A stretch of DNA of 64,000 nucleotides from Balanoglossus misakiensis (lineage: Eukaryota > Animalia > Hemichordata): contig CM082577.2 of the NCBI GenBank assembly GCA_040954595.2, positions 124,001 to 188,000 on the forward strand. The letters are read 5' to 3'. Below, piece after piece: positions 23,034 to 36,097 of this stretch. Under the pieces are notes generated by a model. It was given only the letters and a program-made list of their open reading frames with translations. It had not been told where the DNA came from and did no database searches. A program made the translations under genes and the position numbers. Numbering within the stretch: the first letter of the stretch is position 1; every line of letters starts with the position of its first letter.

Positions 23034-25197
23034 GCCCATATGCACTACCATGTGCACGTGTACCGTAGGTTTGCTCTGTATCGAGACTCTCCTGGGAACA
23101 AAAATATGTAAATTGATGCTTTGGTTCAAGGGGGGAAGTGTAGATATACAATGTAGCCTAAAGTCAAGTGCACGATATTGTGACTGGAAACGGTACTTCA
23201 ATATCGAAAGATCTTAATGAGCGGCACTGAAAAGGCTACGTGTACTGCGCACAATCTGATTTGGGCAGAGTACGTTTGGCACGCATTTTCTTATAGCTTT
23301 GCACGGAGTTAACCTCGGACTGGACAATCACAGGCATAACGAAAATACACATCCGGGCGATTATTCGCAACTACCTGTTGAATACCCCAAACAAACAGAA
23401 CAAAGTCGAGGACACACGTGAACGACGCCGTCGCCATGGTACTCGAGTTCCATTGAATGGATCGTGGGAATCGCTGGCCGGGTAGGGTCAGTCCCCGATA
23501 CTAAACACGCCGCGTTTAGTTAGCGGTACTTTGTAAGCAAATAAAAAGGCAGAACACATTTCGTGCATGAAAAGAATAATCATCCGTTGACCTCGCGCTG
23601 GGTTCTATAATTCGAACACGTGCAAATGCAGAGGTGGGAACTTAGGTGATTTATCCAGAGGTTCGATCCATGGAAATCTCGGGCCGAAACTTCAAGCATT
23701 GATGCAATATAATTACACCTATGCCTCCACGCAGTTGCAGAGAAATATCCAATTCAAGGTTACACATCTCGAACAGGTGTTGTGGGTATTCATCAGGTAG
23801 TGATGAAATGTCGAATATGGTTTGATGGTGTCTAAATAAAACATACTGATAGACCTGAACGTCTGCTTTCCCGTAGCCATCATTTACTCTATTGTTATCT
23901 CGTTTTGCACATGCACATGTAGGCTACATACTTTCTTATCACGCAGTGTTTGCATTGAATATGCGCGTATGTCGAGTACAGGAACACCGATGTATCACGT
24001 GGCTGTTGCTGGGATACCCACACAGCGCCATTTCCACAATCAGAATTCTTTCAGTGATGCGGATGGGCGGGGGAAGTGATTTCCACGACCTTGTCTCTAT
24101 TTTGAAGCACAATATTCCCTTTGCGTCAACGTCCTTCTCCGGTGACGGTCAAATGCAACAATGTGCGTGCCTGGCGATTCAGAAATTTTGATGACAACGT
24201 GGGAATCAACCGGTTGTTATCCTCGTGTGAAATACGAACGAACATGATGGATATCTCAGCGCATACGTCAGTAGGGCGAGTCGCTAAAGCTACTCGTATT
24301 ACGTACAAGGTCTAATAACATGTTTGACTAATTTATCACCCCTTATCAAGCAATTGTTACTAACATTAGTGGCATTATGATAGACGCTGAACAAAGGCCG
24401 CAATGTCCCCGTTTAGGAACAAATACGACGGAAATACGGGCACTGCGGATTTGGCACTTGGTGCGACTGATTTTATCCAAAGCGCCCCCCCCCCCCCCCA
24501 CCTGTGATTTAACCTAGTAATGCAGTGAAATTCCAAAACTACGTGTACAGGCATCGCCATTGTACATTGGTCACAATATTATAAAACCATGTGCCCATGT
24601 CAACAAAATGTTCTGAACACAGGGAGATGAAAGAAGTGGTCATTCAACCGGCAAGAGAGCCCCCCCCCCCCCCCTCTCGCCTGCCAAAATAAACTCGGCT
24701 GTTTGGACTGGGCGTTTCTGCTTCTTTCTTCCTTGCACTGAGTGCCCTATGACATGCAGTTGCCACAATAACATTGATAATCAAAGATCCAATGTCTACC
24801 TCCGGCTCACAGTCCGTACAATACTCGGGCTAATACCGCGGAATGGATTCAATTGATAATAAGCAATTGGCTGTTTAAGACTTGAGCACCCGGGGGACAT
24901 CCCCAGGGGAGGGGATGCTACACATTCAATAATAAAAAATCAGTTCTTACTCTAACTGCGTAGAAATGCGTTAACGAGATTCATTTATTGTAAGTCATGT
25001 AGAAACTTCGACTTGTTCCTAAAGGTCAAAAGACCAGAGATACATATTTTGCAAATGACATCAGGTGCTCCCATATTTTGAAATAAATGTAATTACAAAT
25101 TTAAGACGCAGTATCAGCAGTCAAATACTTAGTGACGATCATCTAAGTAAACCTCTGTGTCAAATTGTCTATATTTAAGATCTCAACACAATTTAGA

Positions 25198-25543
25198 CAT
25201 ACGTATACTTTGGTAAGTTTGAATTCACAATAAACCCCCCACTCCAAAGTGCACAACTCCATGGGGCATGTGCATGTTCCGTACGACATGTGAACACACC
25301 ACAACACGACACGACACAACACAACGCAACGCAACACATGTCATATTGTCCATCCCTAGTGCAGACATGTTGTGTTGTGTTGTGTTGTGTTGTGTTGTGT
25401 TGTGTTGTGTTGTGTTGTGTTGTGTTGTGTTGTGTTGTCTTCACATATCTCACGGAGCGTGCACGCGTGCCCTGTCATGGAGTTATACATTTTAAGAAGG
25501 GGTGTAATGTTGTGAATTCAAACTACACAAAGAATTTTGTATG
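25198..25543. mobile_element. Foldback/MITE-like long inverted repeat with internal (ACAAC)n/(GTTGT)n pentanucleotide tracts
   Basis: Arms pair: agtttgaattcacaa (25216-25230) with ttgtgaattcaaact (25510-25524), aactccatg with catggagtt, and catgtgaa with ttcacat. The microsatellite tracts are reverse complements of each other. Confidence 0.7.
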
Positions 25544-26068
25544 CAACAGTAACCAAAAACAGGTGTACATCGCTTGGCTAGTAACAAAATGGGACGATCT
25601 TAGAGCCGTGATCTAAAAACCATTAAATTAACGCGAAAAGACTTAATAATTACTGGGACGTTAACTGCGACTGTTTTCATGACTCTTCGGGTGTTGATGC
25701 AGTGTGTATCGATTAAAGTCGCATGAGAGCTCTGGTATACAGTCCATAGCATACACCCTGGGCGAACAGGAGCTCACATGCGACTGTGGTATGTGTATGC
25801 TGTTTGACAGCCGAACATTTCATTGGCATATAACAGTTTGTAACGGTTTGCTAATATTAATTGGAACTGGGTTCATCGTCGATCTTTGTGGCCTGACAAA
25901 GAGTGCCCATTATGGCTCGGCGGAGAATCAATAGTCAGCGATCCAGGTTCCTGGCTACATTTTATATTTCAGTTGTTAAATACTATCATTGTACCGTGTA
26001 AACACGGATTATTGATTCATATTAAGTACATCTCATTAGACGGAAAGTATCTCACTCAGCATCGCTGT

Positions 26069-27886
26069 TCAGTCTTGATCCGACTCCCCGGCTTCAGAAA
26101 GTTGATCGGGGCTATTTGGTGGTGGTGGGCAACTTGAATCCGAGTTGTCGCGCTCGTCTTCTTCGGCATTTGTACAAGGACAGTTAACACAATGCACGGG
26201 TAAAACGACGGGTCTCTTCTTCGGCGGCGTATTGATGCTCGGGTCACTTTGACACCAGTGGTTATAGTATTGACAGTGGCTAGCATTAGCGAAACCGATG
26301 GTAGCCTGCGACGCGTTCTTGCTTCGATGAGGTCCATCGCGGCCACTAGAGCCCCTGTCCGCGCTACCGTGTCCATGTGACGTCGTCGTCGCCCGCGGCC
26401 GGACGCTGCGACCATATAGTGAACTCCTCGAACGGGCCACATCTCTCTTGCCGTTTGCGGCATACTGATAGGTCACTATTGGGTCACGGGATTGTTGTTG
26501 CCTTCCAACATATCCTTTATCCTCCTCGCGCGCATAATCAACATTAACTACCATCTCGTCCTCATCAAAGCCGTCAACGTTCACTTCCACACTTTTGCTG
26601 GTGAAGCCATTTATTTTCGTTCGCCCCACCATAAGTTTCCCCGCGGTTTGTTGTGTTGGGGTAGACGATCTTTTTATAGGCAACTTACTAGTACTTCCAC
26701 TAGCGATATTGCTGTACACTATCCCATTATTTCTGGTGTCTATCCTCAGCGCCGCAAATCCGGCAGGTGTGTTTACATTCAAAATTTTGTCGGCCAACCG
26801 GAACATTTTCTTGATGTCGTCATGACTTGTCGCCGGAGCGGATTTTGGTCTCGTTTTCCTTAATGTAATTACTTCGCTGCTGTCGTCTGCAGTCCAACTT
26901 GAGTCACGGCATCGGACTGCGGCGCTCACAGGCCTGGACGCAGATTTGGCAGAAATGCGCCCATTTTGCGCCCGTTTCGCTGGCACTGGTCTGCCAGTTC
27001 TCTGGCAATAATCTCTGGGTGTGCTGCTCGCAGACTGGGCTCTGCTTGTCCTAGGCGAGTTGGGGTGACTTTTCGTTGGTGACAGCCTCTCCTGTGTGCC
27101 ATATCCACCAGTAGAGGATTCGAATTCACAATAATTGTCAAAGTCATGACGAAAGTCAATTGTGGACGCGACCGATAGAGTTTCCAGGTCGCTGGTAGAT
27201 TCAGAAACTAGAGCGTTGATTCTGTTGGCTTTGTTTACTCCTCGCCATCGTGAATTGGCGCTAGAAATTCGGCGTAGGTATTGGTTTGTATGGTTAACGT
27301 GCGCAGTCGGAGAAGTTCGCTCTGATTTATGTCTGCCAGTCTGATAATTGGTGTCATTGGCATGCCAAGTTTGGAGTGTTGGGTCAACCCCGCACTCGGC
27401 CCTACACCCAAAGTTCGACATTTGGTCATCTTCTATTCTTACCTCGGGTGAGTCGCCTTGATCGGCTTTCACCAACACAACGCAATTGTTGTTGTTGCTG
27501 CCACTGGACTGCTTCTCACTTCCCTGCCTTGGCGAGACGCTTTTCAAACCAGCAACACATATCTCAAGGCGATGTTTCTTTGCGTATTCGGCGAGACGAA
27601 GGCGCGTCGATGATTTGACCATATCCCTGTAACCCAGGATCGGCGCGGTCTTCGGTCGCGCCTGTTTGGATGCCGCCGTGTCTCGCAGGACCCCAAGCGG
27701 CCGTGTGTCCCCTTTAGACATCGACGGCGTGGCTCTCACTAACCCTTCGTCGTCGCTGCGAAACTGTGGCCGCTGCTGCGTCCTCGCAGACTGGTTCGGT
27801 CGGCGCGAATTGGTCACTAGGAAATCGGGGCCCTGAGGCCTCACTCGACTCGAAGCGCGGCCGCTTCTCTCGTTGTACAGGAACAT
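26069..27886 (-). CDS. Uncharacterised single-coding-exon protein, family A (605 aa; Ser/Arg-rich)
   Basis: 605-codon ORF with a splice-acceptor-like tttgtcttctttaattgttcag on the minus strand ending at 27993. Contains RPKTAP, RPVSAA and RPKSAP motifs and the C-terminal HCVNCPC...CPPPPNSP. Confidence 0.85.
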   Translation of the reverse strand: MFLYNERSGRASSRVRPQGPDFLVTNSRRPNQSARTQQRPQFRSDDEGLVRATPSMSKGDTRPLGVLRDTAASKQARPKTAPILGYRDMVKSSTRLRLAEYAKKHRLEICVAGLKSVSPRQGSEKQSSGSNNNNCVVLVKADQGDSPEVRIEDDQMSNFGCRAECGVDPTLQTWHANDTNYQTGRHKSERTSPTAHVNHTNQYLRRISSANSRWRGVNKANRINALVSESTSDLETLSVASTIDFRHDFDNYCEFESSTGGYGTQERLSPTKSHPNSPRTSRAQSASSTPRDYCQRTGRPVPAKRAQNGRISAKSASRPVSAAVRCRDSSWTADDSSEVITLRKTRPKSAPATSHDDIKKMFRLADKILNVNTPAGFAALRIDTRNNGIVYSNIASGSTSKLPIKRSSTPTQQTAGKLMVGRTKINGFTSKSVEVNVDGFDEDEMVVNVDYAREEDKGYVGRQQQSRDPIVTYQYAANGKRDVARSRSSLYGRSVRPRATTTSHGHGSADRGSSGRDGPHRSKNASQATIGFANASHCQYYNHWCQSDPSINTPPKKRPVVLPVHCVNCPCTNAEEDERDNSDSSCPPPPNSPDQLSEAGESDQD

Positions 27887-28290
27887 AATTCAACACGACA
27901 GCGGCGGGCAGGTGCGCTAGTGTTGACGTTTGCATTGACAACTCGTCCATATACAGTATCTCGTTGCTGTTGTCATGTTGTCTCATCTGCACCTGAACAA
28001 TTAAAGAAGACAAACCTATTCTTAACAGTCAACATCCACGCAGTCAAGTGCCCGTCTATACAGCGACTTTCTCCCTGTGATATCACAGCATATGATCCCC
28101 CACAGCATGCATATTGCAATTATATATCACCAATATATGCCAGGGTAAACTATTATACTACAGGGGTGGTAGGATTCTCTCCCGCGTGTCATTGTGCATT
28201 TTCTTTCCCGGTTACAAGTTCCTAAAAACAACCTCATCAATGATCATAAACTACTTGTAGACTCGTTACGTCGTTATGTAACCATTCAAA

Positions 28291-28351
28291 CAGGTGGTTT
28301 TTGTGATGTCCTTTCACATTCAGGTGGTTTTTGTGATGTCCTTTCACATTC
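28291..28351. repeat. Exact 30-bp tandem duplication
   Basis: caggtggtttttgtgatgtcctttcacatt occurs twice head-to-tail. Confidence 0.9.
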
Positions 28352-31300
28352 CTACAGCCCGTCTCTTGTGAGTTCTGACGTTTTCAAAAACGCAAACCAC
28401 ATTCAAATCTCCCGTAATAAAGCTCCCCTTGTCCACACACAGATGAAAATACCTGACTAACAGAAGAGGCTGCGATATTAGCACTAAATCCTTCTCCAAA
28501 ACGCCGATCGGAATGCGGTGTTTTCTATTGTACATTACGTACCTGAATGCAAAATCTTCTTATTTAAGCTCCTCTTTCAACGATTGGGACTACAAAAGTC
28601 CCGTGGCCCTTTAGACATTAGAGATGATCGAGTTTCTCAGAGGCGACAGAGTTCAATAGAACGTGTTGTAACTTTGTCCATTGCCATTCACGAGTATCTC
28701 CCCTTCGCCATAGGGTTGACGGGCGCCGGACGACGGTCGCTACGCGTACTGTATGCCTGCCAGCCTGCCTATAAATAATTCAGTACTCTACTCGTAGAAC
28801 AGTGCCATTGCATTGTTCTCAATTTATTTCTAATCTATTAGCAACCACTGTGCAGTGATGCACCAACACGGTGCAATGGAACCCGATGCGATATTGATCA
28901 GATGAAAATCACAATTTCCCCACCGTTTTTTTTTCTTTCTAATACGCTTTTCACGTGCCGGGTAACAAACAACTGTTTGTTGATCAGGTTTTCAAATTAA
29001 AGAGATTAACAAAACACGAAGTGTCCAGTTTTGATTGCGTCGGCAGATTTTTTCAGATTACATGTATATGCCCCGCCGGGACCTGATAAACAGGTCGATA
29101 AGTTTCTGTGAGACTGGACAGATTTAGGGTAAGGGCTCTGTAAACCAGAATAGGCATCACAGAGCAGCCTCAGTAAGTTGCATTATCAAGAAAAACTCAA
29201 GCAACCGGGCAACACGCAGAATAAATTGCACGTACTGATAACTGATTTATAGCTTTACTATCAGTCAAAAAGGACAACAAACAAAAAAAATTTGCTCAAA
29301 AAGTATTCCACTAATTCCTTCAACGCACACAGGTAAACCCCTATGCCACAAAAATAATAAGTAATAAGTCGATTCGATGTGACGTAACGCATCCCAGACA
29401 TAATTGTTATTTTCAAGACATGCATGACATGGAAAACTGCCAAAAGACTATGGCAAGTCCACCTGCGTCCGACCTTGACACCCAATCACATTTTTTTTCA
29501 GTTTATACAATGGTGGCTTTTATATTGTGAATAATACTCGAGTAACGAAATGCACTGCGGTTTTTGAAATAATGTCTTTGTTACTAAAAAATAAACCAGT
29601 CATTTCAGCGTAGAGTGAGGCAATTGTATTTCTAAGATTGATTATCAATAACCGCTGGTAATCGCCGTCGACAAAGCACGCGATCGGAGAATTCCGATGA
29701 TATATTTAAAACACCAGTGACCCACATCTACCAACATTCTGTCCCGTAATACTGCAGTGTATTTGCAAGCCTAAATGTAATCTCCAAAAATCCAAGTCAT
29801 CTACGGTCTTTTATTTCAGTGAAAAATAGATTTCCATCAATTTAAAAGCGGTAGAATGTCGAAAACAGAATTCATTTGCGGCCTCTCATCCTTGATGTCC
29901 CAGTTTAGTTTCTTTCGAAGCTACAATTGTTGGTTGCAAATGTGGAGTATTTGGGTTTAACAAAGTTTTGGCATTGTCTTTGCTAATACAAAAGTTTCAG
30001 GGCAGGATACGTTACAGGGCTTGTGATTTCACACCTGTTCAAGACGTTCTCGGTTACATTTCCTCGTTGTGTTATTTTGGCCGACATATAAAGAATGCAT
30101 CAGTGCTGCTGTGTGCGGTAAGCGATTTTATGGTAGGTTAGAAAATATTATTGTCATTCAAATGTAGAAAAAAGAACAATGGTTTTGGGTCTTTGTCAAA
30201 ATGATTTGACACCTGTTCAGTGACAAATTCCGGAAACCGTGATCACCAATGGACATTGGTTACTTTACAGGTCTATAACGTTGGATCAATAGTTCGTCTC
30301 TTGGCCGAAATGGCGGACGTCATTAAGCTTGGCCGACTTTTCAAGCGAAATTGTGTTGTGTTCAAAAGAAATCGCTGACAGACAAACCGTGAATGCATCC
30401 GCCAGTAAACGCTAATTGGTGGTCTTTGAGTTGAACAGAGCATTGTATTATTGAATAGACTTTGTTTTGTGCCAGGTGGTGGTGGTGACGTGACATGACG
30501 TGAGTACAGGTCTGTACTTCCCAAACAACATGGTGTGTATTTGAATGTGAAGAAGAAATGGGAAGAATGGGGGGGGGGGGGGGGGAGGTATTCACAAGAT
30601 GACACTGACACAAACAGAACTGCGTTAGATAAGTTTTGTTCGACTAAGCTTTTTTCATTGTGGTTGCTAAGGTCACACGGTGACGACTCGACTTTACCCG
30701 CTCTCATTGCAGATCAGACAGATGCTTGGCAAAATCATAGTCGCGACGTTACCAAAAAACAGCACTTGAAGCAAAGTTGCATGTAAAACCGATTAATAGG
30801 AGCGAAAGAGAGTCCCAGAGTGGACACTCTGATTGTTTAATTTGTTTTCAAAATTCAGCTCAATACAATACGTTTATACCAAATGCCGGAAAATTGGAGT
30901 GAATTTAAAGCAGTACAGGCAATTCAGTTGCAGACTACTTCGTCATAGACTACAGTCGACTGCCACGTCAAATCTTCACCCGAGTCAATAATAGTAGACT
31001 AGAAATTTAATAAACCAACACTTGTCAAAATCAACCAGCTGTATATGACGACGATCGAAATGCTATTACCAGCCAGAGAAATTAATTTGCCGTTGGAGTT
31101 CGTTCGTTGCCGCCGCCGGCGTCGGTTTAAAATAGCATTTCGAATTGCGTGCTGCACGTCAATTATCCGCGTAATGATATGTTGGCGTTCTTGTATCCAT
31201 GCAAAGGTATATACACTAAGAAAACCCACGGAGCATTATTGAAAAAAAACAGACTGGTCGAATTTCCGCGCCGTGAAAGCAGCCACGTCCCCGTGACGCA

Positions 31301-32003
31301 ACGGGGTCACGGCTTTCAAAGCTCGTAACTCTTATACTCACGACGATTCCTTTCAGCGTATTTACTGCGCCGGGATAATTGGGTGTCGGGGAAGACAAGC
31401 AAAAGAAAATCTATCCCTTAGATGTAATTGTTTGTGTGTGAACGCTTGGTTGAGTAAATTGAACGCAAAAACTCCAACAGCAATCATCTGTTTTCAAATG
31501 TATCCTACCGAAACTGTCGGGTTCAAAAGGTCGGAACAAGAACATTTTCGAAATGAAATAAACAAACTGGAAGGCTGTAAAAGTCTGGAGCAAGTGTTTT
31601 TCTCGGTCGGCTAAGCAAGCTTTTGATTCGTTTTTCACATATAGTCCGGTCACCACTAGTAAGTTAGTTGCAGAGGTGACATTTAAGATAATTATAATAA
31701 GAGAATTTGCCTGGCCGTTTGTGGTTGTGTGTATTTGTGCATTCAAACAATATGCTCTCTGTTACCCAAGCCAGCACCTGCGTTCAAGATGTTTTCCTAC
31801 AACGATATTGAAAACTAGCCAATTCAAGAACAACGTATTGCGTCTTACATGTGCACATCAATTTGTTTGGAATACGATCCAATATGGCCGATCCCTTACA
31901 TATTCTGGTTATATTTTGACATGTTTGAACGAATTTCTCTCACATACTCATTTGCATGTAATGCGCAGGCAAAGCTAATACAATGTAGCTACAAATATTG
32001 GTG

Positions 32004-32017
32004 GTAACCATGGAAAC
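32004..32017. promoter_or_regulatory. RFX X-box-like motif GTAACCATGGAAAC
   Basis: Near-perfect X-box followed by GATTGG (reverse CCAAT box), located between the divergent genes ending at 27886 and starting at 37510. Confidence 0.55.
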
Positions 32018-33352
32018 CGATTGGCTTCAATTAATAAATGCAGAGAAACCTACACAAAGCTGTACTTTAATTATAAGTTTGTAACTCAATATGTAGCAAA
32101 TAACCGGTTGCATAATAGACAACTGCACGACAATTGTTTCTTGAAATACAACATTCTGATCATATTGATAATAATTCAAAATATCCTTGATTAGTAAACC
32201 TAATCAAATCCACCGAAGTCAATAGCAGATGAAAATCTTTTAAAATTAAATTTACCACTTGCATAGCAATTGGCCGGGTACTGTGGTGATGACTATTCCC
32301 TATAGTATTCCCAGTGTATTAACATATCAGAAACTGACAATTTCATCACGTAATGGTCAATTTAACAAAGTACTCTCATATCTTCCGAGATTAATATTCC
32401 AATACACTTTGCATCGCAGTTGGCCAAGTCAAATTACTATGAATTATCGAAAATACCCTTAATTAATTGTACAACATGAACCACGTCCAAATGATAGTAC
32501 GACAAGTTCAACTCTTCTATACTGTCTGACCGTTGAGATAAAATTTCAAAGGTTATAAAGACATGACGCATGCCCAGATGCTTCAGCTTGTCAAGACATT
32601 TTTGGCTTTCAAGTGCGCCACCATCACCGACGAAGCAAGCTGTTTACAAAATCTTGTTAATACATTTCGTCTATCCCGTTTACCTTAATCAGTTAACTAT
32701 TTTGACATTTTCATTGACACCAAAAATTGATATTTGCAGATTGAACAAAATTCGTGCTGGGAACGTAGTCAGCGTTGACATTTGCCACACTGGGATGTGA
32801 ATCATTTACGTTTGTCAAAGTGATTATTTGGTTACAGAAGTGCGTTCTACTGTTTGTTTGATTTTTGGGGGATAACACTACTTCACCCATAACATGTCAA
32901 AGTTACATTCGTTGGCCTGTATTTGTCAATCCGCGTTTCGCTCAAAAACTCACATGATTGTATCGACCAAAAAGCAATTGTTGAATGAATTCACTCTAAA
33001 TCTAAATCTAAATTTAAAATTGGAATCGTTTTGTATGTGCAAGGAAATAATTTCTGTTCTCAATATTGCAGGCGCGTCATTATCATATCTAAATTATTCT
33101 GAGATGCTCCACATTAAACTGATAGGAATAAAGTGAGAGCGCCAGTTCAACGCAAAATGTTGACAAATAAGAGGGCGCTTTTACAAACTTCATTTGTCGT
33201 CAAGTTCTATTCAGTGCACGTGGTCAAACAGTTGCACATTTCTATGCGCTAATTCTTGCTATAGCGCCATCTGCGTCCGAAAGGCACAACGTTGGTATAT
33301 CTTTACTGTATATCTTTACTAACCCTAACCCCCTCGTGGCCGATATCGACAA

Positions 33353-33473
33353 GTGTGTGTAAGTTTCAAACTTACACGCACCTTTTTGCAAATACTAAAG
33401 GGGTGTGTGTAGGTTTCAAACTTACACGCACTTTTTTTGCAAAATAAACTAAAAAGGTGTGTGCAGGTTTCAA
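33353..33473. repeat. ~50-bp tandem repeat (~2.3 copies), each unit containing a hairpin
   Basis: The unit gtgtgtgta(a/g)gtttcaaacttacacgcac starts at 33353, 33403 and (partial) 33457. It is preceded by CTAACCCTAACCC at 33319-33331. Confidence 0.75.
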
Positions 33474-34990
33474 GGATGTAACTCAACGTCTGGTCCAGTG
33501 TTGATGACAGTCATCGACAGCAAGCTATGGTTTATTTGAAGACTGCATGGAAACTTCTCGTCAGATTAATTCTGTTAGACTAACTTTTGCGAAGGAATAT
33601 AAGGTTTCGGTCAATTTAGCCGACAAAATATGGAAATTGCCATCGTTTATTTGTTAGTAACACACAAAACGGTCACCAATGGAACATTACAGTTAGCGTA
33701 GTTACAATTATTACACGCAATGCCGGTTTATCGTCAGATTCAAAAGACGGTCCAACGTAATATACAGTTGAATTCAACGATAAAAAGAAGTTGCAATTAA
33801 CGACATTTCTCGAACTGTAATTTGATACGACCAGCAATCTTTAACAAGTTTTACTCGTATCTGTAGTAGTTGTTTTTATTTGTGTCTTTTTAATACTTGT
33901 GTTCAGCGCACTGAGACGTTTGTGGAGTGCGTTTTTAAGAATTAAATATTATTATTATTATTATCTCATATAGGAATGGGTCTGAAAAAATCCCTCCAAC
34001 AGTTGTCTCCAAAACAAATACAACCTGTACAACCTTTTGGTCGACTAGCTCGTGTAAATGTGTTGTTTAACCCGCAGACATTTCTTTCAAATGGCATCTG
34101 AAAAGAGTGTACGTGTTGTCTCCACCAGTCCCTCTTTGTATCGGTCGTGTATTTGCCTTCTACTTACGTGAAAGAATGGTCATCCTGGGGTCATCGACAT
34201 ACCGTTGCGGGTAATATTTGTAACTAGATCATTCGAATTCAAAGTTTGTGCTTCGAGTTGATGCCGATGATAATGTTTTAAACTTAGTGCCCCGAAAAAA
34301 ACAAAAACATTTTATGGTAATCAACTCTAGTCACATGAGGAATTTACTAAAATAACATTTATAGTTCTTAATTTGACTACTGTCTCCAGTAATTTCAAGA
34401 TTTTTGATTGGTTTCAAAGCATCAATATCCCATTCTCCAAGACTTCGCAAATGTAATTGCTTTGCGGATACGAATTCCTTCGCAGCCATTGCCAAATTCG
34501 CAAATAACTCTTTCATAGGTTGGATAATTGTGTAGTAGGCTGGTATATTTGCGCGTTGTGTTAAACATTACATCACCAGCGAATCAATGTAGTTTAGTCA
34601 CAAGACAAACACATCCCCATATCTGCTTTCGTGTTCGTAACCTTTGACACGAAACCCTCCTGCAGGGGGTTTGGTCTGCGAAATAAGATACACGCATATC
34701 TCGTGTGATGAGATTACATGTAAAACCTCGACGGCAAAATATACTGTCATATCTGTATCTAAATATATCCCTATCTAACGATAGAATTGTCACGTTCCTG
34801 TTAAGTGAACATTAAATATTGGGAAATGACCATTATGATAACAAACATTTATTCAACGCTGCTAACTTACACACTTACAAACCATTTTTACGAGGTTATC
34901 ATTAACGTTTAGATTGATAGAGGGCGCTTCTTTTCTGAATATATACGATGCTTCTGCAGTGACAGTACACCATGCATCCAGTCAGACTGC

Positions 34991-35073
<83 letters not shown>
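34991..35073. repeat. (ATG)n microsatellite, ~27 units
   Basis: Perfect trinucleotide run. Confidence 0.98.
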
Positions 35074-35074
<1 letters not shown>

Positions 35075-36082
35075 GTCAAAGGTTATGAACTCATCATCAT
35101 CCACTCAGACTGCATGGCCTGGAAGTTTGGCGTACAATGTACTGTCAATCCGCCATGAAAGAATAATAAATAATACAGAACTCAGAGTTAACCATTCTTT
35201 ACTGAAGTGTCCCTTCTTGTTGCATATACAGTTTACAACCTGTGGAAATGAAGCAGCTAGCAACGTCTCACCGACGTCACGACGCATACAGACACATGGA
35301 CAGATGACGAGAGGGTTAAATGAAGAATACTTTGTTCGCCAATATTTAAAATCGACAATTAACGGTGAGTCAACAGACATAATACAAGGCCGGCGTCTCG
35401 GGGCCTCACTTTGTCACGGCAGCAATCTGTCAACAACGAGGTTCTTGAGTAAATCAATACTGTGCGGTATGGTTGAGTAATGTCTGTTTGAAAAGCGAAA
35501 GTGATCTGCCACGAATGCTGTAGCTGACGCGATGTTTGAGAGCATTTAGTGACTACACGTAGACGCTGAATGACTGTACATGTCAATTCAGCAACGATAG
35601 TTGGCATGGCTTTGAAAAGCCGTATTAGTACTATTACCATAGATCGCACACATTAAATAAATTATGATTTCATCAGAAAAAACAATGGCGTTTTAGTTGG
35701 TAGGTTAAATATTAACACAAGCCTGGGGACACACATGTGTATATCCAGAGACGATTTTTTTTTTCAATTACAAAACGACCGCTTGTATTTACCGCGGTCA
35801 ATAGTTTATGATAATATTAACACAAGGCAGGCATGTCTATGAATACGCCGGCATATCTTTGATTTACCAAGTATATTACACGGAGATCTATATTTTACCA
35901 TGCATGTTGAAATGTATTGGTGGTGTGGTGTGACATTGCAGACTGAAGTAGTACACCCCTCTGTAATGACGATACATGATGTACAACCTTCAATAAATCC
36001 AGATTTACCCACAATTTTCAACGTGGATTCCCGGAGGCCAATTTCACGTGCTGCCGGTCACGTTTAAATATTCATCGGCGTT

Positions 36083-36097
36083 GTTGCCATGGGTGAC
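36083..36097. promoter_or_regulatory. RFX X-box-like motif GTTGCCATGGGTGAC
   Basis: X-box with 3-nt spacer, ~1.4 kb upstream of the 37510 ATG. Confidence 0.5.

Noticed and set aside
25143-25616. ORFs with CCVVL/TTQHN repeats
   Set aside because: Translations of the pentanucleotide microsatellite inside the inverted repeat.
33500-34800. Possible decayed coding or transposon sequence on the minus strand (including ORF 34331-34516)
   Set aside because: Short interrupted frames with no recognisable motif; cannot be supported without a similarity search.
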